Shown: piece by piece, positions 1-9,100 of the stretch
How the letters are laid out: every line of letters starts with the position of its first letter
Position numbering within the stretch: the stretch's first letter is position 1
Virus record (IMG/VR): IMGVR_UViG_3300046368_001160
Span: 1 to 61,581 of that record
Source of the DNA: a virus
Lineage: Duplodnaviria; Caudoviricetes
Reading direction: 5' to 3' (one strand)
DNA: 61,581 bases
The notes under the pieces: model-generated
The model's database searches: none
What the model was told of the DNA's origin: nothing
Seen by the model: only the letters and a program-made list of their open reading frames with translations
Position numbers and translations under genes: made by a program

Positions 1-44
1 AACCATTACCTTATTTTATTTTGAATTAGTAGTCAACTTATTTT

Positions 45-440
45 TTAAACTTTTTTAATATTGTATAGACGGGTGCTGACTTCACGATATGAATCACCAT
101 CTACGAGTAGTATTTTATTTTTATACACATTCCAATCTATAACAAAATTGTTATCTAATATGCCGTTATTAAGTTTTTTTATCAAAGCATTTAGTGAGTT
201 AATTGTGTATAGAGTATTTGAATCTTTTTTTCGGTGGACACTTATTGTATTTTTGTAGAAATTACTAGTATTAAATGTATCTTGATTAATGTTGTATGTC
301 AACATCAAACTATTCAAATCGTCTATATCTTGTAATATAAAAATCTTATCAAAAACAATATCATAATATTTCTTTATCGATTCCAATTCTGCATCATAGG
401 AATGCATATCAGTAAATGTGCAAAGTAGTTTTGTTTTCAT
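45..440 (-). CDS. conserved phage hypothetical protein
   Basis: 131-aa ORF (KLLCTFT...ISVHRKKDSNTLYTINSLN) downstream of the polymerase; ATATTTAT motif at 460-467 and AAGGTTAC upstream of ATG. Confidence 0.7.
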   Translation of the reverse strand: MKTKLLCTFTDMHSYDAELESIKKYYDIVFDKIFILQDIDDLNSLMLTYNINQDTFNTSNFYKNTISVHRKKDSNTLYTINSLNALIKKLNNGILDNNFVIDWNVYKNKILLVDGDSYREVSTRLYNIKKV

Positions 441-486
441 AAGATGTAACCTTTTGGGTATAAATATCTTATTTATGTTTCAAAAC

Positions 487-1773
487 TCAAATTTGCTTCA
501 TATCCCCATAGTTACGACCCATATATGTACGAACCGGATACTTATCGTTTGATGTAATTATAGGTTGCATTTCTTTAATTAACTTGAACTCACTTTTATG
601 CACATCAAATAAAAAAGCATCGTATGTGTAAAGTATCATTTTTGACTTTGATGCTTCTAGGTATTTATTTAGTTTTAATATAACTTCACAATTTTTTTCG
701 GTTTCAGCGGATTGCAGTAGATAATTAAACACTTTATATGAATTAATTTTGTCACCGAAAAATATAGAAGCAATTTTGCGTTTGTAGTACCACGTTTCAA
801 CATAGTTGTTGGTATTATAAAAATCCCAAACTGAATCCACATATTCTGAGATTCGTTTCATAAACGGCACATTGTCTTTGACATCGTCAGTAATTCCACC
901 GTATATTAAATTGAATGTAATTTTCTTAGATAGTTCATATTCATCTTCATTTAGTTCATCTTTTCCATGATAAAGTTTTCCAAGATATTCATGTAAAGAA
1001 GTTCTAGGTAGATCATAATCAAGAAAGTTTGCCAATAGTCTTAAATGGTAACTTTCGTAATCAACCATGATCAATAATCCATCGTCACCAAATCTACTTG
1101 TAAAACAATCTCGTTGACCAGTTTTTTTATTTAACGCAGCGTAATTAACATTACCAAACGCATTACTCGGACGACCCGTTGGAGTCATCATGTTATATTG
1201 ACCAAAAACTAAATTATTTTCATCCACAAGAGTTTGTTTACCCAATTTAAAGTTTTCAACATACATCCCATTTTTTTCTATATCATACAATGCATGAGAA
1301 AACTCTTTTTCGTATTTAAGTAAGTTGGGTTCGAATTTGATGTTACCAATTGAATAGCACAACTTTTTAAAATGCTTTAACAGAACCATAATGGGAACTG
1401 ATCTAAAATCTGTTACTTTAGACTCTAGATAATTGTTATCAATTTCAAGTTTAGATGATAAATACGAACAAACCATAGCATCGTGTGAGTTTTTAATTTC
1501 ATTAACATGATATTTTAATTTTTTTCTGTCAAATATTAACTTCGTTCCCGTTGACTTAAAAATTAAATTAAGAAAATCGACTGGAATATTTGTAGAATCT
1601 GGATGTTCAAACGAAACAATGTAATATTTACGATCCACATTTACCATCAACACAAGAGGTGAGTTTTTGCATACATGGGTATTTGATTTGGTATAATACA
1701 CATTAATGATACTGGAATGTTCATTTAACAAAGAAAGTAAATTCTTTGCATCTGTGGGATTTTCTATAAACAT
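487..1773 (-). CDS. polA: family A (PolA-like) DNA polymerase, compact
   Basis: TPTGRPS, motif A MVDYESYHLRLL, motif B SKKITFNLIYG, motif C variant LYTYDAFLFD; start moved from 1812 to ATG 1773 because a TTGAAT-17-TATAAT promoter occupies 1784-1812. Confidence 0.85.
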   Translation of the reverse strand: MFIENPTDAKNLLSLLNEHSSIINVYYTKSNTHVCKNSPLVLMVNVDRKYYIVSFEHPDSTNIPVDFLNLIFKSTGTKLIFDRKKLKYHVNEIKNSHDAMVCSYLSSKLEIDNNYLESKVTDFRSVPIMVLLKHFKKLCYSIGNIKFEPNLLKYEKEFSHALYDIEKNGMYVENFKLGKQTLVDENNLVFGQYNMMTPTGRPSNAFGNVNYAALNKKTGQRDCFTSRFGDDGLLIMVDYESYHLRLLANFLDYDLPRTSLHEYLGKLYHGKDELNEDEYELSKKITFNLIYGGITDDVKDNVPFMKRISEYVDSVWDFYNTNNYVETWYYKRKIASIFFGDKINSYKVFNYLLQSAETEKNCEVILKLNKYLEASKSKMILYTYDAFLFDVHKSEFKLIKEMQPIITSNDKYPVRTYMGRNYGDMKQI

Positions 1774-1783
1774 ATATAAAGAT

Positions 1784-1812
1784 ATTATATTATATATCTC
1801 TATAAAATTCAA
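1784..1812 (-). promoter_or_regulatory. sigma70-like promoter for the polymerase
   Basis: minus strand TTGAAT (1812-1807), 17-nt spacer, perfect TATAAT (1789-1784), 10 nt before ATG 1773. Confidence 0.65.
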
Positions 1813-2209
1813 GTGGATTATTTAAAAGTAAAGATATTCCTGTCATCCGATTTTTTGCCTTGGAAATAGAATTTAAATTAAATTCTCTGACTCCGAAGAT
1901 TTTACCATCTTGGGTATCGGTTGTTTCGAGTTTTCCTTTTATTTTCCACAAAACCGTAATGCATAAATAAAATGGATTTTTCTGTATGGTGTTGAATTGA
2001 TCCAAACCTACTTCGTATATAGTAGATGTCTCTGCATTTCGTTTTTTTACAAAATATCTTTGAATGTATTCATTTTCGTAATTAATGTCAGAAATTTTTG
2101 GTTTCTTTGAAACTGGATGTGTGAAAATAATGCCATCTAATTTCCCACGATTTTTTGTAAGAGCAGAATATAAACTATTCATGTAAATGTTTTCATCTTC
2201 GTTTTTCAT
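1790..2209 (-). CDS. hypothetical protein at the end of the baseplate cluster
   Basis: 139-aa ORF (RYFVKKRN...LWKIKG...NPLEFY) 4 nt after the preceding gene. Confidence 0.65.
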   Translation of the reverse strand: MKNEDENIYMNSLYSALTKNRGKLDGIIFTHPVSKKPKISDINYENEYIQRYFVKKRNAETSTIYEVGLDQFNTIQKNPFYLCITVLWKIKGKLETTDTQDGKIFGVREFNLNSISKAKNRMTGISLLLNNPLEFYRDI

Positions 2210-2213
2210 ACTT

Positions 2214-5200
2214 TTATCCTGGATAATAATGTGATTCTATTGTAGTTGACCAATCACCATCTCCGATAGTGTGTTTTACACCCTTAATTGCGAATATTCC
2301 GTTATTGAAATATTTAACAGGAACTCCTGCACAATTAAATGTATCATATAACCGCAATCCTTCTATACCATCTAATGTTATTGAAAGGTCTACACCCGGA
2401 AGTGGCATATTATTAATTACATTATTATGTGGATTTAAATCAGATTCGCAGAATTTTTTCATGCGGTTGCTATCTGTATCTACGAGTTCAATTTGAATTT
2501 CAAAATCATTTTTATCTGTTCCATATGAATCATCGTGTATTTTAATGTTTGATCGTATAACTGACATATTTTTGCTGAATCCGTCTTTATTAGTACCGTT
2601 CGTACCGTGGTATGTTAGAATTTCTTGTTTATCTAAATAGTCGGTGGATAAATTGTTGTCTTTTATATGTTTTTTTAGTCGGTCGGGTAATTTATCTTCA
2701 AAGTCATCTTTTCCATGTCTTTTCTTTGTTGCGTGATATGTTTGCAATGCACCCTCGTTTAATCCTGTTTCTTGTCCTTTAAGTTCTTGTAAATGAACTA
2801 AATATGGATATTCAGTTTTATCTGATCCAGGATATACAGACGCAGACACAATTATATAATTTTTATCTTCAGGTTCAAGTTGATCAGATTCTACAAATAC
2901 ATCGGAGGACCAACCATCATAATCATCGTAATTAATTACCTTTCCTATTAAATATTTAGGAAATCTATCAGGATATTTTGTAATTTTATCGTTTCCACCT
3001 GCATTTGCTTCAAATACCAAGTTGCCATCAAAAACTTTTGAATTGGTCGATCCTTCTAATCCTATGTTCGTTCCTACTTTATTTACAAAGTCACCATCTA
3101 CTTGTATTTGATATGTTCTTGGTTGTTTTATATCCCCACCTCCGGATGAACTTGCATATGCGGTTTTTTCTTTTTCTATGTTTGCATTTTTTCCTGTTCG
3201 GATGGTTCGTTCTGCTTTCTCTTTTTTTGCTTTTTCTATATTGTCCAATAAATCTTGTCGTGAACCTCCTTTTAGTACAGTTGGTTTACCGTCTTTGTAG
3301 TAAACCATATCATATTTACCAATTGATATATCAGATTTTCCGTCCGCAGATTTAATTGTATCAGTTGATGGATATACCGGCCAACTTGATTCTGATGCAT
3401 TTTCTATACCGAAATATTTACTAGAAGCTGCAACTATGTATTTCTCTGGATCTTCCATATTTTTAGGTTTGTCATCAATATTTTCAACCTGCTTAGTGTA
3501 GTTTTCAAGTGGATTTTTAGCACCTTGTAATATCAAGTCTTGATCTTCTTTTGCAAAGAATCCGTTTTTCTTATTCATATTACCAAACACTATCATTGAT
3601 GCCATTTCCGAAGATGGTTCTACACTCAAATCCATTTCTCTTACTATACTATCACCACGATGCGAAGGAAATACCCATGCGTCACTTTTCTGTTTTAAAA
3701 CTGGTTCTGATCCTGAAAAGTTTTGATCAACTAAACTTAAAATCGAGTTTGACGAAGTATTGACATCATGTCCAATTATTGCAAATTTCCACATATTACC
3801 ACCGGCAGTTGAAACTTTTTTCATTATATCAAGTAATATAGCAGATGCATTTTCTCCATGCTCAAACGATTCTGTGATTGTATCCAAACTTACATATAAA
3901 TCTTGGATTCGTCCTGAATATCCCATAGTATTTCCTTCTTTGATATCCGAGTAAAAATCCGGAAAAGGTTTTACGACATCTTCGGCTTCTTCCCATGCAT
4001 TTTCTTTAAGGTCTTTTGCGTGTTCACCTAAACTTGCCAAATGTTGTAAATTGTATCCCGATACTGATTTTACAGTAAGTATGCGATGCAAATCATCCCG
4101 TGGACTTTCTTTCATTGCTTGCTCTAATGTCTGTGCACTAGAAACTCCTTCTGGATTCATACTTTTCAGTATATCAATAAAATTTTGAGTTGTTTCTTGA
4201 TATGCAGTTCGTGAATCTCCACTTTCTCCTTTTTTAAGAACAGAAAATCCAGCACCCCCCTTTTTACTTCCATCTGCATTTATACGAGATACAGTTGAAC
4301 CGTGATATGTTTCTTTGTTCCATCTAGGTGCAACTGAATTTGGTATAAGTAGCACACTACCATCAACCGATTTTATATTAGGATGAGCAACACACCGGTT
4401 ACCAAAACACGAAAATTCACATATTCGGGTGTTCTGCTCTTCGGCAACTCTTCTAAAAAATATATTGAATATATCAATTAAATACCCAACGGTTATGTAT
4501 GTTCCTCCATTTGAATTGGATTTTCCTGCCATAAAAGGTTTTGCGGAATTGTATTTATTGAAAGTAAAATATCTTCCACGGGCAAGTGCAACTGCTTGTT
4601 GCTCAGCTGCTCCTAAGTTTATCGAATTTCCTGATCCGGTCACACTTTCCATAATTTTTTGGTCTTCTGGATCAAGGCCATCATTAATAGTTGCACCTAC
4701 ATCATTTTTACCCATTAATGAACGTCTTAATGTGGTATTAATAAATGTTTTTATATCAAGGTATTTATTACTTTCTTTGTTTGGTTTGGCTCCAGTTTGA
4801 TTCATTATTTGTTGACCCACCTCTGACATACAGGAAATTTGTATTGTGCAATCATATCCTCCGTCTTCACGAATAGAATAATTAAAACTTGTAATTAGTC
4901 CCATTGTAAATCCATAGTTACCAAGACCTTTTCTTAAATGCTCTGAAGAAGCCGGAGGTACAGGACCGTGCTTTGCCTCATAAGCATCAGAAACTATATT
5001 TTTTTCATTATTCCATATACGATGAATTTTTCTATATCCATCAGGTGATAAATCTAATAAGGAATCACGTGGGTAGGTGTTCCAACCCCACTCTACTATC
5101 ATAGTCATCCCAGGTTGAAAAAAGTATGGTTCTAAATAATCAAGTTGCGCTTGACTCCAACACGTAAAGTTTACCGTAGTTTTTCTAAAGTTTTTACCTG

Positions 5201-5810
5201 GTTCTATATCCTCGGATTCTATACTGGTTAATCCAGGTGAAGGACGAAACTTATAATCTGGTTCATCGATTTCGTGTCGTTTTGGTTCTTCGTTTGCTCC
5301 TGATGTTGTATATCCTAGCAGTGTTTTTGCTTCACCACCTCCACCGTTTGTTCCATCTCCACGGTCAAATCCGTATGTATCATGAAAGTTTCCATTTCCA
5401 CCTAATACAAATCCGTCCATTATTTCTTTCGTGATTGGATTTTCTACAATGGCACTTGATACAACCCTTGCCCACGAAGTTTTGGGTCCTTTGTATGTGT
5501 TATTATCCCAATCTACAAGTGAATCGGTGTCTTGAGATATAACTGCATTGTATCCACCATTTGCATAACGATTTCCATCTTTATCTTCACCAACTAAATC
5601 TCTTGCCGAATAATTGGATGCTTCACCTCCTGTGGTGTGTGTATAATTTAATCCAAAATTTCTCCAACGATTTAAAAATTCTTCACGCACCCAGTTGCGT
5701 ACATGATTCCGACACGGATATTGTAAAACGTCACCACGTGACCAATCTCTTTCCATAAATGCATCAACTGGTTGATCATTTACATCTCCGTTTAAACTAG
5801 TAGCTTTCAT
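2214..5810 (-). CDS. baseplate hub-like virion protein
   Basis: 1198 aa; RPSPGLTSI...VNFTCWSQAQLDYLEPYFFQPGMTMIVEWGW N-terminal block and C-terminal LSITLDGIEGL...IKGVKHTIGDGDWSTTIES, typical of contractile-tail hub (gp27-like) beta-barrel ends; lies two genes downstream of tape measure. Confidence 0.6.
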   Translation of the reverse strand: MKATSLNGDVNDQPVDAFMERDWSRGDVLQYPCRNHVRNWVREEFLNRWRNFGLNYTHTTGGEASNYSARDLVGEDKDGNRYANGGYNAVISQDTDSLVDWDNNTYKGPKTSWARVVSSAIVENPITKEIMDGFVLGGNGNFHDTYGFDRGDGTNGGGGEAKTLLGYTTSGANEEPKRHEIDEPDYKFRPSPGLTSIESEDIEPGKNFRKTTVNFTCWSQAQLDYLEPYFFQPGMTMIVEWGWNTYPRDSLLDLSPDGYRKIHRIWNNEKNIVSDAYEAKHGPVPPASSEHLRKGLGNYGFTMGLITSFNYSIREDGGYDCTIQISCMSEVGQQIMNQTGAKPNKESNKYLDIKTFINTTLRRSLMGKNDVGATINDGLDPEDQKIMESVTGSGNSINLGAAEQQAVALARGRYFTFNKYNSAKPFMAGKSNSNGGTYITVGYLIDIFNIFFRRVAEEQNTRICEFSCFGNRCVAHPNIKSVDGSVLLIPNSVAPRWNKETYHGSTVSRINADGSKKGGAGFSVLKKGESGDSRTAYQETTQNFIDILKSMNPEGVSSAQTLEQAMKESPRDDLHRILTVKSVSGYNLQHLASLGEHAKDLKENAWEEAEDVVKPFPDFYSDIKEGNTMGYSGRIQDLYVSLDTITESFEHGENASAILLDIMKKVSTAGGNMWKFAIIGHDVNTSSNSILSLVDQNFSGSEPVLKQKSDAWVFPSHRGDSIVREMDLSVEPSSEMASMIVFGNMNKKNGFFAKEDQDLILQGAKNPLENYTKQVENIDDKPKNMEDPEKYIVAASSKYFGIENASESSWPVYPSTDTIKSADGKSDISIGKYDMVYYKDGKPTVLKGGSRQDLLDNIEKAKKEKAERTIRTGKNANIEKEKTAYASSSGGGDIKQPRTYQIQVDGDFVNKVGTNIGLEGSTNSKVFDGNLVFEANAGGNDKITKYPDRFPKYLIGKVINYDDYDGWSSDVFVESDQLEPEDKNYIIVSASVYPGSDKTEYPYLVHLQELKGQETGLNEGALQTYHATKKRHGKDDFEDKLPDRLKKHIKDNNLSTDYLDKQEILTYHGTNGTNKDGFSKNMSVIRSNIKIHDDSYGTDKNDFEIQIELVDTDSNRMKKFCESDLNPHNNVINNMPLPGVDLSITLDGIEGLRLYDTFNCAGVPVKYFNNGIFAIKGVKHTIGDGDWSTTIESHYYPG

Positions 5811-6103
5811 TAAATTCCATTTATTCTGTTATACTCGGCTATTATCATATTTATATCACGTGGAATTCTAATTTGCGAGCCTAATTTAGCAAACATTGTT
5901 CCTTTGATATTATTTGCAGATGCTATAATCCACCAATAATTTGGATTTCCGTAGAATTTATGTGCTAAGTGGTCTAATCGGGTTTTCTCGACCATTAATA
6001 CGAATGTATCAGAACTTTTTTTTCTAACGGTTGGTAAAATAGAAGTGGATACAATGGTATTTCCATCTTCGTCTGTTTTGGTTGGTATTGTTTTGTATCT
6101 CAT
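5810..6103 (-). CDS. small LysM-like baseplate wedge protein (gp53/tail-X-like)
   Basis: TRLDHLAHKFYGNPNYWWIIASAN...GSQIRIP is the LysM-like baseplate signature; TAATG overlap with next gene. Confidence 0.8.
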   Translation of the reverse strand: MRYKTIPTKTDEDGNTIVSTSILPTVRKKSSDTFVLMVEKTRLDHLAHKFYGNPNYWWIIASANNIKGTMFAKLGSQIRIPRDINMIIAEYNRINGI

Positions 6104-6105
6104 AA

Positions 6106-9100
6106 TTAAAAATCTGATAATTCCTCTGCGTTTAATAAAGCAGTTTCTTCTTCAGTCAACCACCAACGTTTATGATATTTTATCTTCAGATCGTAATCGT
6201 CTTTGTAAGAATTTAAATTACGTTGTTGCGATGCCATTAGGTTGTCAGGAAGTGTTCTATCATTTACGTCATCTGGTCTATGACCAGGTGGTGTTGTAAC
6301 TGATCCCATTGATATACGAGTTTGTGCAATGTATAATACACCATTGTGAAATACTTTATTTGAAATTATTGCTCGTTCACCGGGACAATTTGCTAATTTA
6401 GGATCATTGACGTATTGGGATTTGTATGAATCGGTTGGATTCCACGTTGGTATGTATTTCATTGTTATATATGCTTCACGTTCATCTCCCGTAAGTGAGT
6501 TTCCTTTATTTAGTATGAATGTGTTTTCTTCAATATTTGCTACATCAGTTTCTTTTCCGTCAAAAACTACTTTCATACACATTCCTGTATCCTCGTCGAA
6601 AATACTGTAATTGTATTGTGCAGTTGATACATCAATTCCTTTTTTACACGCAAGATACGTTGCCACTTCTTTTCTCCATAATTTTTTAACATCATCTTTT
6701 TGTGTGCTAAATTTAGATGATTTAATTTTACACCACCTCGGGTCGGATAAAAATAACTCAACTGGTTTAGGAGCATCTTCACATCCCTCGTTTGATTGAG
6801 ATGTAGGTGTTGCTGGAATTGAAGTACCATCTTTAATTTCTACCGTATGAGTTCCAACTTCTGATGATCTTATTACGACATTCTCAGAACGACCACCCGC
6901 AAAAGTAGATTTTGATTCTTCTGCGGTTACTGATATTTCATAAAGTCCATCTTCAAGTGCTAGTAAAGGTTTTGCTTCAGTTTTATCAGAATATTGAATT
7001 ATTCCATAGTCTTCAACAGTGACCCATCCATATGATCTTGAAGAAGCACTTGCTTTTACTTTTCTTAATGTTACTTTGTATTTATTTGCTCCTGAAATTG
7101 GTGACCATTTCCATATTGGTTTTGAATTATCGGTGGGAGTTTGAGAATGTGGATTTGGTGCTCTCAATGGTTCATCTGGATCATCAGCAGATTCTGCACC
7201 CTTTGCAGAACCATCTTCGTTTGGACCACATCCCATATCAAATTCACCTTCATATTTTGCAGGTTCATTTCCAATATATTCTCCATTCATTCTGGTTGGA
7301 TAACTTTCTTCTCCGTTTACTCCTAAACTTGTTAGTGTGTCTCCTGCATACATCCATTTCATTTGATTTTGTTCATATACAGTTACTGCTCCGTACTTAT
7401 TAGTTGACCAAGATACTTTGTCTGGATCAGCAGGATAAGTCAAATTACCTATATCTTCTTTTGCTACAATGTATGCCATTACATCACCAATCCACATTTT
7501 TATATTTCGTTCAATTGCTTGTTTTATTCCATCGTCAACTTGACTTATTTCGTTTGAAAATGGATCAGCAACTTCAAATCCTACCAATCTACCATGCGAA
7601 TCTTTTTCTCCTTCACTACCTACCTTGTATGGACACTTTGGTGGTTTTGGTGGAACTACTCGTTTGTCAATTTTAACTTCATGTATTCCTTTTGTTGACC
7701 AGTCGGTTCCTGTTCCAGACTTATTCGGCGCACCTGCTTTTACTTCAATTGTATGTAATCCCGACCTCAATTTCATGGGTTCATCTTTATCATCAGTTGG
7801 TGTGTAAGAAGTTTTCTTTGTTACAATAGTTTTTCCTTTAAAATACACTTCGTACATCTCAGCACCTTTTACGGGATCCCAGGTCCAAGTTGGTGTTTTA
7901 TTCGGAGTTGGTGTATCAGTCTTTGGTTTTGGTTCAGGAACTATATTTTTAGGAGGTTCTGGATCATCATTTGAATTACTTCCATCGTCCACAAATTCAA
8001 TTTTTTCAAGTGCATGATCTTTTACCCAAGGAATAAAATGTAATTGTGATGATTTATTATCAAAATAATATCCAAGTTCAAGAGGTGCACTGTCATCTTT
8101 TTCTATTACTTTATTAAACACTTCTTGATCTTTTTCATATTGTCTTATTTTATTTTCTAAAGATTCAACATCAGATTCTTCCATTGCAGATTTATTAGCA
8201 TTGGTCAATTTTCTATCACTTGCAAGATCACGATATTTTTCGTCTGCGTTCCTGATGTCATCATCCGTTGTTCCTTCTAATATTATCAGATAGTTTTCAA
8301 GTTGAATTAATGTCATTTTTTTATCAGTAATTAAATTCCACTTATCTGAGATAATTTGTTGCAAACGTGAATCTTGCATTCTATTTGATATTTTTTCTTT
8401 TTGGAAGCGATTCCAGTTGCCGATTGGTTCGTACTCCAATACACGTTTGTTGGGATCACGAAGTTGCTCAGTTAAATTATTAATCTTTAAAAGTTTTTGT
8501 TTGAGTCTTTCTATTTCTTGTTGTCGCAACCGAGTTCCACCACGGTCTAGTTTTACTGCTTTTTCTTGGTCAGTGTTCATTTCTGTTCCAGTTCCACCTG
8601 CTCCTTGGAGTTCAGATGTCCTACCACCACCAAATGTTTCACCATTTAATGACCAAAACTGTTCAAATATGTAATCTGCGATTTCATTCTCAATGTTTCT
8701 ATCGGCAGCTAAACCTGATATTTTTTCTTTTGTTTTACTGACAAGTGCGTAAAATCCAAATTTTAATTCAGCATATTTTTTGCCTTCTCCGAGTTTTAAC
8801 TGAGCAGATACATCGTTATTAACTTCGTAATTTACATAGTCTGTTGTACCAGGATAAACTTTATGACCCTTGATCATTTTGTCCCGATCTTCTTCATATG
8901 GAATGTAATACAACTCATCATTTTCTATTACAGTACCTTTGTGTTCTTTTCGTGTAAGGTCACCGTATTTTTTAAGACCACGTGTTCCTACATTACCAGG
9001 AGCAGAGAATGTATCGTTCATTCGTTTTGACACAAATTCTGCAAGAAGAGTTTTAACTTGATTTACATTATTATAGTTGTCATTTGTAATTGCATTTTTG

